A DNA stretch of 64,000 nucleotides from Selaginella moellendorffii (GCF_000143415.4 NW_003314330.1:1-64000), one strand, 5' to 3'. Counted from the stretch's first letter, positions 10,260-23,493 are shown. A program made the numbers and translations. The notes: generated from the sequence alone by a model not told the origin.

Positions 10260-12765
10260 TATGCATGCAGCTAGCAGGATGGTGAAGAGGAACCATGCTG
10301 ATGACGCTGAAACCTCTAGACGAGCAAATTGAGAGGAGGAAACTCCTGCTAGAGATGCTATAGAAGAGGCTGAGGCTGAGTTAGAAGAGGAAGAGCTAGA
10401 TGCTACAGCGTTGCAACGTACGGCTCAAGAAGTCAAGATCGAGAATTTGTGAAAGGAGATTCGCAAATTGAAGAAGGAGAACAAGAAGAGGAAGAAAGAA
10501 GCTGAGGCAGCTAAACCAGCTAAACCTAAGCAACCAGACTCCTCTTCAAGTTTTGAGGATGATGAAGTTCTACAGCCGCCCCTGGTTGCACGAGTTTCAA
10601 AGTTCAAGCCTCCAAAACCACCCAACTTCATAGGCATGCGGGACTATCAAGTTTTGGAGGATTGGATCTACGATATGGAAAACTATTTCATAGCGGTAGA
10701 CGTAAATGATCGTACAAAAGTTGCGTGCACGCAATCCTTTCTCACCGATCATGCCAAAACTTGGTGGCGCCAGGTGTGTGCTGAAAAAGGGCAGACTAGA
10801 AGTTGGACCAAGATGCGGTCTCGTATCCGTAAGGAATATTTGCCGAATGATCTTGGCCTGAGACTTCGTGTGGAGTTGCGATGATTAAAGCAGCGAGGGG
10901 ACTTCATATATTACATTAATGCGTTTGCTTAGAAGTGCATTATGATTGCAAATATGAGTGACGAAGATGCTCAAAGTTATTTTCTGAAGGGTTTAAATTC
11001 ATTTTCTCGCAATGAGATTTTGAAGTTTAAGCCGAAGACGTATCTGGAGTGTAAGGAGGCAGCATAGCAAGTTGCCTTTAGTCACTCGCTCATGGAACAA
11101 TATCAGCAACTGTATGCTAGTAACTCAGATAAGAATAGGAATTCTGGGAATAAACAAGGTGATCGGAAACAGAGGGTGGAAGGTAGGTTTTGCTCTGGAG
11201 GCTCATAAGCAATGGTTAACAAAGGTGGTGGTGGTTGGAGACCACCAGCAGCTTCTTCTGATCCTAGGCCCTTTGTTCCTCCTCCTGGTGGGTACAAACA
11301 ACAGCAACCTGCAAAACCTACTCCTAGCGGAACGGGTAGTGTGGGTCATTGCTTCCATTGTGGAGAGTCGGGATATAAGTCCTCGGAATGTCCTAACAAG
11401 CATAAGACAAAGTCTCGTGTTAATGTCATGAGGGAAGATGGTGGTGGTGAAGCCGAAGGGGTTGACGAGTTGGTCAATGCAGATTGAGGAAGAAGAGGTG
11501 AGCAACTTTCATTGTTTTCCTCAAGCTTTTCTTGCAGTCAATGCAAACACTGATCTGTTAATGTATCTGGTAGGCTTTGTCCATGGACACCGAATCCAAG
11601 TGATGATTGACACGGGAGCTAAGCACAGCGTGATATCCGAAGACTTAGTTAAGTTGTTAGGATTGAATGTTGAGCAAATGTCGCCTATGCACTTCTGATT
11701 TGCAGAAGGTGGGCAAGTAGCCAAAAAGTTTGTGAGTGATGTTCCAATAAAGATATCCAAGTGGAAAGAAAGAGTGGACTTGGTAGTGTTGAAGATACTA
11801 GATTTTCAGATGGTGTTTGGTATGGATTTCTTCAACAAGTATATAAAAGGGATTTATGGTGCTAGACAAAGTCGTATCACATTGAAGTCAAAAGGACGTC
11901 TCAATATATCCTTTCAGTTGCAAAAGTGTTCCTCAAAGGATTGGGATGCAAAGTTCCTTACTGCAAGGGCCGCTCAAAAAGCAGCTAAGAGGGGATGTCG
12001 GATTTTTTGGGTTCAAGTAATGGAAGCTGAGGGTATTGGTGACTCAATTTGAATTGGCGATGGGGTTGATCCTATACCAAAAAAAGATATTGGAGCTGTT
12101 GGCGCGGAATCAAGATATTTTCCCGAAGGATTTGCCGCCAAGGCTACCTCCTAGCCATGAGGTTGATCATCGGATTAAGGTTATTCCAGGTTCTAAACCA
12201 CCTACGAAGGCTCTGTATCAATTGAACATCAAGGAGATGGCTGAACTCAAGAAACAACTCACAGAGCTTCTTGACAAAGGTCATATCCGACCAAGCAAGT
12301 CACCTTATGGAGCGCCGGTCCTTTTTGTTATGAAAAAGGATGGAATCATGAGGATGTGTATCGACTATTGGGCACTCAACAAGATCACGATTAAGAACAG
12401 TTATCCTTTGCTTCGCATTGATGACTTGTTTGACCAACTCTTAAAGGCTAAGTATTTTACGCGACTTGATTTGCAGTCCGGGTATTATCAGATGTGGGTG
12501 GCGGATCAAGATGTGGAGAAGACAGCCTTTAAGACTTAGTACAGATCTTATGAGTTCCTTGTCATGCCGTTCAGGTTATGCAATGCTCCGGCAACGTTTA
12601 GCACTATGATGGATAGAATATTTAGAGATTATTTGGACACATTTGTTGTCTTATATATTGACGATATTCTAGTCTTCAGCGAAACATTGGAGGATCATTT
12701 GAAACACTTGGAGCTGGTGTTTTAGAAGTTGCACGAACACAAACTGTATGCTAAGGAAAGTAAAA
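10260..12765 (+). mobile_element. Ty3/gypsy gag-protease-RT (pseudogenised, truncated within RT)
   Basis: Gag (KPPNFIG..WIYDMENYF..AKTWW), zinc knuckle CFHCGESGYKSSEC, protease VMIDTGA, RT ([38 protein letters not shown]). Multiple stops and frameshifts; ends abruptly after LYAKESK. Confidence 0.95.
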
Positions 12766-15700
12766 ATTATTAGCATAATTTAATTGGCTTGAAGTTTATA
12801 TGTGTCTAAGTATCAATGTGGTTTTTGTGATTAAGTCTTAGTATTTGTAGATGGCAGTAGCAAATATCATGAATATAACTATGGGTATTAAAAATTATTT
12901 GTCAATAAGTCCATAGTTCTTTTCTTAATATTGTTACATGAGAATTTATTATGCTTGCCAAACACCCTCACTATCATGCTTATATGTTAATCAATCCCAT
13001 ATTAATCCCATTAGAAAAGTGTTTAAATCTACTAGTGAGGCATATTTATGAAAGGGAGAGATTGTCATGAATACAATGATATTGTTATTATATTTAAATT
13101 CATCTAGTGCCATTCCATAGTTAATAAATTTCCAAACTTATCTTTGGTATTGGCATTGGGATGTTAGAAGTTTTATGACTATTCCAATGCTACTCAATAC
13201 TTTTGTTCCTCCACTCTTTAGTTGTATGTTTAGTTGTTTTTTTGTTTAATGGCTCAAAGCCTTAAAACTCAAGCCCTTATTATTCTTGACATAACGGTTA
13301 AGTTTCATCCCATAGTTATCCTATGCTAAAACACTATAAAGTATAGGGTGCATAGAGTATAGGTATATTGTTAAATGCTTATGCATTTGATTATAAAACT
13401 TTATATTAAGGTGAATATATGTAAAGTTGTAAATAAGGGAAAGTTGGTTGGGCCATTAAAATTTACATTCTTAACTGAGAGACATTCTTTCTTTAGGTGA
13501 GAAATTTTTTCATAAATTTTCTTAAGCTTCCCTAATTGTTGATCTATTGGTCATTTTGTCTGAAAACTAATCTATTTCTATAATAGGATTGTATTTTTTT
13601 TTTCTATATTGGCATGTTAGTTCCACTTTTGTTAGTATTGTCTATTTGCAGTTAGTCTTTAGCATTTGATTATATAAAATCTTAAATATGGTGATTCACG
13701 CATTATTGCTTTCTTTAACTTTATTCTAGTGTTATAAGGTTTATAAATGCATATATGTATATGTATATGTATGTTTTTATTGTTTTATTTGTTTTTATTT
13801 CTTCATTCTCTCTTTTAGATCTAGATCTATATTAACTTTTTGGAAGATCTAGAATTTTTGCTATTGATATGCTCAGATTTGCTCTTTCTTCTGATCTTCA
13901 TTACATATTCTTCTTTTATGATGCCACGCTGTCATTGATCAAGAAGTATGTCACTTGAGGTTGTTAATGCTGCTCTATTAGATCAAACTTTTAGTGTTGT
14001 AAGGTGTGATTATATTGGTGTTGCACCATCTTTGGTATGTTACCATTTCCAACTTTTGTGGGACATGATTACACAGCTTGTCCTATTCTCAATGTTTTGC
14101 CATCTCTCATTCATATAGAGTATGATTGTGATATCAATTAGCAAACTATAGATAATGTAATTCAGTTTTTGGAGAATATTCGAGGATTGAGTTTATGAAA
14201 AGACAATGTGTATAAGATCGAATGGATTCTAGATCATTCTAACGAGCTTAATTATTATGAAGATAGCTTTAAAGATGAAGTGGAAATTTTACGGGGTAGG
14301 TGTCAATCATTCAATTTGTCATTTAATCCTTTCTCTTTACCTTTTGTTCTTTCTCAACTTTTTCTTATTTTTGGGATTGAGCCACCTTCTCATGTTCTTA
14401 GTATTTTTTTTCATTTGCAATGTTTTCTTCTCTTGACATGTCAATCGTTTATGACTCTAATAATTCTAGAGTCATAACAACTCTAGCCAACTCTCAAACA
14501 TGAGGTAACAACATGTAACAACTCTCAAATGTAACAACAACACCTTGACAACACTCTTAAAGGAATATATAAACTCCTCAGCAGCAATGGTAAAGCAAAC
14601 GCTTTTAATGGCACTCACAAGTGGGGATATACATTCAACCCAAAACTCTAGCCAAAGTGACTCAACCTATAGAACAAATGAATATTCAACATCAAAACTG
14701 ATCAAAGATTTTGCCAATGAAACAAAAGCAAGATTCTTAATTTCATACATTCCCCTATTTTCCAAGTTTTGAGCACATGTTCTTCTTTCTATTTCCCCAT
14801 TTTTGTATTGCCAATTGCTATAAATTCCTCTTTCGATGCTTCTTTATCAAATTTTTTCTTTTTCCACAATTGTTTTTCCTCAATTTTTCTCATTTTCTCC
14901 TTTTTGCCCTGATACTTCAATTTCTTTTTTCTTCAGAGGAGGGGGTAGAGGGGATGGATGGAAGTTTGGCCCCAATAATGGAGTGAGGACAAGTAAATAC
15001 GGTAGTGGAGCGAGGATAAACAATATAAATTGTGGAATGAAGACAAATATAGTGAGTCTAAACAAAACATCCAACCCCGGCGTAGTGAGGCTAAATAGAT
15101 GCAATAGTGGAGTGAAACCAAACACAGATGGTAGAGTGAGGATAAGCACAACAAATCCAAACGGAGCTAGTGCTTTAAAAAAAAATTTCCTTCAAGGAGG
15201 GGATAAAGAGGATGTAAAGGATGAATAGAGTGAATCTAACCTCCCATATACAGTGTTGGACGAAGACAATGGTTATGAGTTTAAATTAACATAAGTTCAA
15301 ATGTTGATTGAAGTGAAGGCGCAATAGTATGTTTTGTTTATGATCCTTAGTCTAAGTTAATAGTGGTCTTGAAGGATTGTCAACAGACAGACTTAGAAAC
15401 AGGATGTATTATTTGTTGCAATGATGTTCTATGGACTATAGTAACTTTTAAAGTCCCTTGTTTTAGTTCAAAGTTATGGTTGTGCAATTAGTTTGAGCAT
15501 TTAGGAGCTACAACTAGTTCACCAAGATTCTATAGTTAGCTAATGCTTATACTATGGCTTTAGGTTTTATTTCAATTATGATTATTAACAACTTTGTTGG
15601 TGGTTTTGTGGGAACTTTAAATTCTTATAGTAATTTGTAATTGCCCAGCAGAAGCTCTAGATATTTCACCTAAATTATTATCATCACCTTTTCATCTTCT

Positions 15701-16236
15701 AGAGGGGAGATGGTGTAAAGTTTGTAAATATATGTATGTATATACATGTATTACCCTAGCTAAGTAATACACTAATTATAGTACTATTGCATATGGACCA
15801 TCTATTTGAGATTAATTTTGGTCCATCCATTCTTGTATATAAGTAAGGGTCTAAACCCTAACTAATATACCTATTCCTCTATCCCAAATGCTCACAGTGT
15901 TAATAACAATTAAATGATGCTCTATTATTTATATTTTTAAAGTTGAGATTAAAGTGATATAAAATGTTTTTCTATAGGTATATTGTAAAATTTGGATTTC
16001 TATCTATAATGACTCAAATTGTTGGTGATTATTTAGGTCTTAATTGAAAATTGACATTTAGTTCTGTTAATCATGATGAAGATGGTGTTGATGATTTAGA
16101 TATACTTTTTAATTTTTAGCATTCATATATTTACTAGTTAACAATTATATCACATGGACTTTAATAACAATGGAATTTCAAAAAAAATCCACTTCCCAAG
16201 CTTTCATTCTTAGTGTATTAAAATATTTGGTTGAAA

Positions 16237-16336
16237 NNNNNNNNNNNNNNNNNNNNNNNNNNNNNNNNNNNNNNNNNNNNNNNNNNNNNNNNNNNNNNNN
16301 NNNNNNNNNNNNNNNNNNNNNNNNNNNNNNNNNNNN
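16237..16336. other. Assembly gap (100 N)
   Basis: Run of N. Confidence 1.
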
Positions 16337-16549
<213 letters not shown>

Positions 16550-17317
16550 CTTGCCTGGACTTGTTTTGCAAGGTGGCATCAACTCCATTCAAATGAAGAG
16601 CTCAGTCATTTCCCAATTTGTCTTAATTGGTTTCTAAGTTCTCCCTAATTCAATGCCATCTACATCTATCCATGTAAATCTAATTATCTTTGAATTTTAC
16701 CTTCAAGTTGAAACTCAAAATTATAATTTGATAGTTACTGAATTTGCAATTTTTTAGACTCTTTCTTTTCCTTGCAGAACTGTTTTGATATAATGATAAG
16801 AAAACACTATGAGAAATTGATTTAGATTGTAAGGCCTTATGTATGTATATATGTATATATGCTTCTACTTGCACCTAAAGTTCTGCCTGGTCATCCATAG
16901 CAGTAAAGAGATTTTGGCTCCAAAAATGATAGTGTAGTGCAGTTTCTAATGGTATTTTGTTGTTGGCATGTCCAAATTGAGTGGTGTCATGATGGTGATG
17001 AGTCTTTGGATAATCTAATATCTATGTCCCAAAAGCAGAGTGGAAATGGTGATTGGAAAGTGTAATAATGTGTGGGTAACAATGCTAGGAGTGAATGGAA
17101 GAGGGTTTTGTGATAAGATGAGAATATGTTTATGTACATGAAAAGAATGGTTTGTTTACTAACTTAGTTACTTTAATATTTAATTTAGAAAAATGACATA
17201 AACTTAATGGGGTCTATTATAAAAAGTAATTAAACATTATATTTATACATTTCTTAACTTTTTTATTAATAGAATTATAATAAGATAATTTATTTTATTT
17301 ATTATATTCAAGATGAA

Positions 17318-18211
17318 TCAACAAAATGTATTTGAAGCCCAAATAGGATCTATTAATGGATGAGTACTAAAATGTTTTTGATAACTTGAATATAAAACTA
17401 GATTACAATCATCTTGCATAATCAAATATGTATTTAGAAAACAATGAAGATGTTTGCAATTAGTACCAGATGCCCAAATTGCATGTTGTTTACCAGAATA
17501 TAAAACTAAGTTTCCATCCTCTTGTAATCTTAAAACACAATTAAATTCGTTATTTGATGGTTTTATTGTCCATAATATCTTATTGTTATTATATAGTATC
17601 AATTCACAAAATAAATTTAGATACAAATGTGCTTTTTGATTTACAGAAATTAAGAAATGTGTTTCTAATAAATATTGAAGTGGCATATTAGGATATCCAG
17701 ATATTATTATAGTTGTATACACATCACATCTTCTATTTTTCAAGTGCAAGTTGGTTTTTGCATGTTGTATACGAGGACGATAGTTTCTAATCATATATTG
17801 AAAAGCATAATTTTCAGCAACCACAGTGATATATGAAGCACCAAACTCTATCATATCTTCATAAGATTCTTCTAAAAGCCTACTTAATTCACCTCTTATA
17901 ATTGATCCTTGATCTGTACCACCTGCAGCATTTATAGCACATTTTGCAAAAGAATTCTCAATTGTGCTATAAATCCAAATACTAATTGCAATAATTGTTT
18001 TTGTTCCATCATCATTTGTTAATTCTGCCTCACCATCTTGCCTTTGACCTCTTGGAAGTACCACATTAGGAATAGATGTAATCATAGCACTAATACCTCT
18101 AGTAATTAAATGAACTGATTCTGAAGATAACACATCTAAATCACCTGCATCAATTTGAAAAGGACATACTTTTGAGACTAAAATTAATAAAAAATATATA
18201 TAACACTTCAT
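17318..18211 (-). CDS. Secreted protein: signal peptide + unknown ~150-aa domain + C-terminal bulb-type (GNA) mannose-binding lectin
   Basis: Intact intronless 297-aa ORF with a hydrophobic N-terminus (MKCYIYFLLILVSKVC). Two QxDxNxVxY motifs (LQEDGNLVLY, MQDDCNLVLY) plus IWASGT/PIWASNT beta-prism signatures. Confidence 0.85.
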   Translation of the reverse strand: MKCYIYFLLILVSKVCPFQIDAGDLDVLSSESVHLITRGISAMITSIPNVVLPRGQRQDGEAELTNDDGTKTIIAISIWIYSTIENSFAKCAINAAGGTDQGSIIRGELSRLLEESYEDMIEFGASYITVVAENYAFQYMIRNYRPRIQHAKTNLHLKNRRCDVYTTIIISGYPNMPLQYLLETHFLISVNQKAHLYLNLFCELILYNNNKILWTIKPSNNEFNCVLRLQEDGNLVLYSGKQHAIWASGTNCKHLHCFLNTYLIMQDDCNLVLYSSYQKHFSTHPLIDPIWASNTFC

Positions 18212-19414
18212 TTGAAGTTTTATTTTAGTTATGGTTATCCTATTTATCTAACATTAAATAATTATTATTACACTTACTAAAATTAAAATAAATTATTATA
18301 TTATTAATTAAAATTAAAATTTTAATTACTTAACAAACACTTAACTTGAATTTTTTTTAATTTGTTTGTATTGGAAAATTTAACATATTTAAAGTTATAT
18401 TATTATTTTGTGGCACAATTTAACACTCTATATAATCCAGAATATTTATCTTGCTTATACAAAAGACCTATGAATAAATTTGAAAACATATAATCAATAA
18501 ATATATTCAGAAGAGTTAGAGATACATAGCCAATTGTGTTTTGTCTCATCAAAAGCTCTCTAAGGGATGAATGTACACCTTGTATAAAAACCTCCAAAGT
18601 GCTCCCCATCTTGATGTCCCACCCTACTACCATGACACCCCATGCTTACATAATTCACCCTGTGCCACTACACCAGAATTTTTCTTGAATGTCTTGCCGA
18701 AATCTAACAATATCACCAAAAACTTCTCAATCCATGAGACTTTAAGCATTTTTTTCTATTTTCTTCCACTAATATGGCATTCATACAAGATTCCATATAG
18801 AAATAACTTTGTGGTCTCAAATAAGCTCACTTTATTGTTGTTAAGTACATACCTTTGTCTCACCCATGCCTCAAGGAGTTGATTGCATGCTGAAATGCCT
18901 ATATTATATCAAAGATATTTGAAGTGCAAAATGAAAAAATTGAGAGATATATCCCAAATGTATATCGCTTAAAATACCACATGAAATAAGGTTCCTTAAG
19001 TTTGTTTTTCGTTCATGCTTTTGGTCTTCTCTTGCAATGAATCATCTTTGAGCTTTGTAAACTCTGTGATGATGAAATCCTTGAATGGAAGCTACTCACT
19101 GGCAAACAAAAGGAGGGGCAAATTTTTTTTTCACATATATTGGACTTACCCACCCTCTTGTCCCCCTTGCAAGGGGTCAGCAAGTGTGGTTTGTGCATGT
19201 ACCAAAATTGCCTTGCCTCCTTTTGCCTGATGGGGTGGCCATTGTTTCCGTGATGTGCATTCTGCAGAGTTGGACAAGCAAAAGCACGTAACAAAAGAAA
19301 ACAAACAAGAAAAACAGCTATCTCAACAATTACCTTTAGCACCATTGCCAAGATCTCAGCACTCTTTGTCAGTGTGGTGAACATCCCTAGGTGCTCTCTC
19401 TTTTCTCTCTCAGC

Positions 19415-21030
19415 ATGGATGACACTCTCTCCTGTTATTTCCAGGCTATGAAACTAGACAGCTACCGAGCTAAACACGTCATGTGCTCCAGAGCTTCTCC
19501 CATGTCCAGCAAGAAGAAGTTTATACCCACCAGACCCCATGCATGTGGTGCTTTTGGGCACTTGTGAGTAGCAGATACCGCGTCGTGGCATTTGTATGGC
19601 ATGTGCACGTGGATGTGTCTGGTGTATGTGAGGCTCTTGTTTGCAGCCAACGTGCGGCACACATCTAGTGTGACCCAGACATACATCAAACTCCTCCTCC
19701 TTCAGGTTCTTGATCCTTGAAGGATCGCTTGATCTCATAGAGGGCAAGGTCCAAGCAAGGAAGTAAGCCACCTTGCCCCTCAATAGTGTGGCTGGTGTGT
19801 TTCTCAACGTGGTCGGATTTTAAAATCAGCTGTACTTCTAAGATCCTGGTGGGGGATTGTATGGAAATGCAATAACCACATCGTGTTTGGACAGATGGGT
19901 CATGAGAAAAACCAAGATTCACTCGCAAAACAATATTCCTTTAAAAAAAAAGACCAAGAAATGTGAGGCCCTTTCAGGGCATCACACAACAATGCATAGG
20001 CAACAAAACGTTCAGCAAAATTCATAGCTGAGTCAGTTGCATAATGCAGCTAAGTTCTTTATAGTCGAGGTTGCTCCGCAATCCTCATGGCCTTCAAAGC
20101 GCAAGCCCCAGCACTGTTTGTCGCTCGCCCCAGCATTTACCCCGAGAAGGCATAAGTCTTACAAACAGTGCCAGCAAGTACCGCAACCAGGTACCTGCCA
20201 CCTTTCTGTTCCACGAGAATGACAGGGGGGCCTCTTATTTCCAGCTCAGGAAACGAGACAGCTACTGAGCTAAATATATCATGTGCTCCAGAGCTTCTCC
20301 TATTTCAGGCAAGAAGAATTTGACACCCACCCCATGCATGTGGTGCTTTGGGAGTAGCAGATGCCGGGTGTTGGCATTTGCATGGCATATGCACATGGAT
20401 GTGTCCGGTGTATGCGAGGCTCTTGTTTGTTGCCGTCGAACAATACGCATCTGACACGACCCAGACACACATCAAACTCTGCCTCCTTTGGGTGCTTGAT
20501 CCTTGAGGGATTGCTTGATCTCCCAGAGTGCAAGGTCCAAGCAAGGAAGTACGCCATGACTGATGTATTTCTCGGTGTTGTTGGATCTTAAAAATGGCTG
20601 TGCTTTTGAGTTCCTAGCAAGGAATTGTATTCTCTTACGAATGAATCTTTGGTTTTTTTCACAATCCATCTATCCAAACACAATGTTGTTATTGCATTTG
20701 CATATTCCTTTCAAAAGTACAAAGAATGTGAAGCCATTTCAAGGCATCACACAACAATGACAACAATGTATGGGCGACAATGCGTTCAGCAAAATTCGTA
20801 GCTAAGTTGGTCACACAATGTTACCAGGAGTTCTTTATAGCTGCCTCGCTCCGCAATTCTTACTGCCTTTCAAAGCGCAAACCCCAGCACTTTTTGTCTC
20901 TCACCCCAGCATTTACCCCGTGGGGGCATAAGTCTTACAAATAGTTAGCAAATGCCGCACCGGGTGCCTACCACCTTTCCGTTGTGTGGGAATGACAAAG
21001 GGGCCCTTGTATTTCCAGCCCAGGAAGGAA
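19415..21030. repeat. Diverged tandem duplication of an ~800-bp unit, probably TE- or pseudogene-derived
   Basis: GACAGCTAC(C/T)GAGCTAAA..TCATGTGCTCCAGAGCTTCTCC at ~19457 and ~20257; colinear matches continue to ~20250 and ~21030. Confidence 0.85.
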
Positions 21031-21839
21031 AAATAACTGATAAAATTACCTGAGTTAATTTTATATTTTAAGCAAAAACATCTCTAGTAGATTTGCATCC
21101 ATGGCCTGAGGCTCAAAGTCTGAAGGGTTGATCAATGAGAGTGCTCTGCGTTGTTGTGAAGATGACCGTTGAGTTCTATTTTCAAATATTCTGGACTGCT
21201 TTCTTTTTTAATCTTTTCTTGCAGGCCGATGAAATGTAGTATGTTCTTGGGAGGATCTTGGCGGTGATGGCGTTCAAACCGGTTCTATAGGCTCAGGGCA
21301 CAGGCCAGGTATGTCTCTCCACAGCCTTGATGGCAGGCACAGCTTGGATGGAATTTAGACTTCTGGAGAGATTCCAAAATCATAGAAACGTGCTAAAGCT
21401 ACTAAGGTAACACGGAAGCTACTACAAGGAAGAAGAGATGGAATTCTCTTTCTAACAGGTTGTTGGATCGTCACCTTCTACCTTCTAACTGTCGCCCAAG
21501 TCCGAGGGAGACCATAAAAAGCCATGCACACCTTTCCCAGAGTCACTATAAAATTGACGCACATCCTTCCTTCTCTTCTCGACTGCCAGGCAATTAAATC
21601 AACTTTATTTTTGGGTAAACTTTGAATATACAAACACTTTTGGTCCCTGTTCCAACCAGATTAACGCTCCAATCTCACAGCCACCTATCCGATTGAGATG
21701 AGGCAGAGATTAATGTTGTGATTGGAAGGCAAGCAAGGGATGTGTTGTGACACGAGAGGTAAAAAAGAAAGATAAGTTCCAGAGTTTTCTTCGCAACTCT
21801 AGATCATAAGTATTTTTTGAGTTAGCAACATAAGAACCT

Positions 21840-22835
21840 TTATTTGCCATGGTCTGCAAACCAGTCAAAAGTCCTTTCTAGTGGCGCACTAGTCATCTCG
21901 TGGTACGCATAAGCTGCATTGAGCTCCTCTTGAATGTGATGCTCCCACTTCTTCAGGCTCACAGGAAAGGCATTCCTTCGCTCGAGAACAGCCCGCCAAC
22001 CCACCCTCCGTCCATCGCTCCTCATGAAATCGTTCTCGTCTAGGATCCCCGCCTCTTTGAGCGCCTGATAGATCTTTCGTGAAGCTTCATCACCAACCCC
22101 GGGAATCCTGTCGCTCAAGAGCTGAGGCGTCACTGGCAATGCCAAACACTGGATCTCTTCAGTCCCCACCCCCTTCTCCTTCAGCAACTTCATGGACCGG
22201 GCCACTCCAATCGCTCGCCGCTCGTCCCTGGGCATGTGAGCGAAGAGCGTCGCCGGATAGTCGCGATCGAAATCCATCACCTCGAAGTGTCCCTCGGAGA
22301 TCATCAAAACCGTGGCGTTGAATCGCAGCTGGAGCGCGAGAGTAGAAACGAAGTAGCCACCGGAGGAGGCACCCAATGCGAAGATTGGGAGGCCATCCAG
22401 GCGGTTCTCGCGGATCCAGCCCTGGAGAATCGACACCACTTTCCCTGTGTCGGCCTGGCGATCCCAGCAGGTATTCGTGCTGGAGATAGCGATCACGGCA
22501 TACCTGGACTCCAGCGCCTTGAGAACGTAGAGGCGATCCTCTGGAAGACCGATGCAGTGAGGGCAATTAGGGCTCGTGTCCCAGAAGAACGTGGCCCTGC
22601 AGTGGCAGCCGTGAGCCAGGAAGAGGATCGCGCGAGCCGGTCGCGGCGGCATCTGCCAGAGGAACTCGCTGCCATGCTTGCTCCCGAGGATTGGAAGAAG
22701 CTCCACACTCCTGCTGCTGTGGCCGCGGCTGCGAGAGGGAAAGATCGAGGAGAGAAAGATTAGGAGGAGGAGGGCGCCAAAGACACAAAGAACGAGCTGC
22801 CGCCATCGAAGGAAGAGCAACGCGCTCGCCCGCAT
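21840..22835 (-). CDS. Membrane-anchored alpha/beta-hydrolase family protein
   Basis: Intact 331-aa intronless ORF; N-terminal TM helix, FLAHG oxyanion region, nucleophile elbow GASSGG, C-terminal YHEM His. Confidence 0.85.
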   Translation of the reverse strand: MRASALLFLRWRQLVLCVFGALLLLIFLSSIFPSRSRGHSSRSVELLPILGSKHGSEFLWQMPPRPARAILFLAHGCHCRATFFWDTSPNCPHCIGLPEDRLYVLKALESRYAVIAISSTNTCWDRQADTGKVVSILQGWIRENRLDGLPIFALGASSGGYFVSTLALQLRFNATVLMISEGHFEVMDFDRDYPATLFAHMPRDERRAIGVARSMKLLKEKGVGTEEIQCLALPVTPQLLSDRIPGVGDEASRKIYQALKEAGILDENDFMRSDGRRVGWRAVLERRNAFPVSLKKWEHHIQEELNAAYAYHEMTSAPLERTFDWFADHGK

Positions 22836-23103
22836 GAAAGCCCTACATTTTGAAAATTTAGGGCAGATCTACAAAGGGAGAATTTTCGGAGAATTTGAGA
22901 TCAAATCTCTTGTTTTCCACGGCCAGTTGCAAGCATCAAATCTTTTAAGCTGGTGAGATTGGCAAAGTTTTCCTCTTTTTTCAGCTAATCAGTCAAGAGT
23001 GGTGATGAGCAATATTCTGCAATGGAAATTCTAATTGATTGCAAGGAAATAGGAAAAAACTCCAGACCACTGTAGAAATGTTGCAATTCTTTTTTCTTTT
23101 CTG

Positions 23104-23493
23104 TTACATGAGAACTGTGAGACCAATTGGCCCCCTGGGGAATTTCACTCGTTGCAACAATATTTCACTCTCAATCCTCTCTAAAACTCTGTAAAACACG
23201 AGAATGTTACATGGCAAATGCATTGCCCCATAGTGGGTGTAGCCAAATTCTTCCTCCGACTTTTTAAGAAGCTCTTGGAAGAGAGGATGGTTGAGATAAG
23301 AAATTGGAATCACAAATCTCCTCCCTTCCTCGCCCACATAAACAGCCAACGATCCCTTTGGAACATCCGATGGTGGAGAGGATTTCCTTCGCAAGTAGGT
23401 TGTGCTGCGATTCCTTGTAAAGCCTGTGTTGGGATCCAAGGAATCGTCACTCTGACCATGGTGGCTCTGGCTCCTTCGTAAGATTGAGACCAT
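23104..23493 (-). CDS. SAUR: SAUR-like auxin-responsive protein
   Basis: PSDVPKGSLAVYVGEEGRRFVIPISYLNHPLFQELLKKSEEEFGY SAUR domain; intronless. Confidence 0.97.
   Translation of the reverse strand: MVSILRRSQSHHGQSDDSLDPNTGFTRNRSTTYLRRKSSPPSDVPKGSLAVYVGEEGRRFVIPISYLNHPLFQELLKKSEEEFGYTHYGAMHLPCNILVFYRVLERIESEILLQRVKFPRGPIGLTVLM

Noticed and set aside
10299-10314. Hammerhead-like CTGATGA..GAAAC
   Set aside because: Only 4 nt between the core boxes (no stem II), and it lies in gag coding sequence (ADDAET).
11438-11490. Programmed gag-pol frameshift
   Set aside because: The element has many other stops and frameshifts and no clear slippery site; more simply a decay indel.
12770-15250. AT-rich stretch with possible LINE/retroelement remnants and a low-complexity ORF at 14836-15228
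   Set aside because: No diagnostic motif could be read confidently.
15701-15908. Possible PPT plus short LTR (AGAGGGGAGATGG-TGTAAAG...TAACA)
   Set aside because: No partner LTR, TSD or recognisable coding domain found; too weak to list as a feature.
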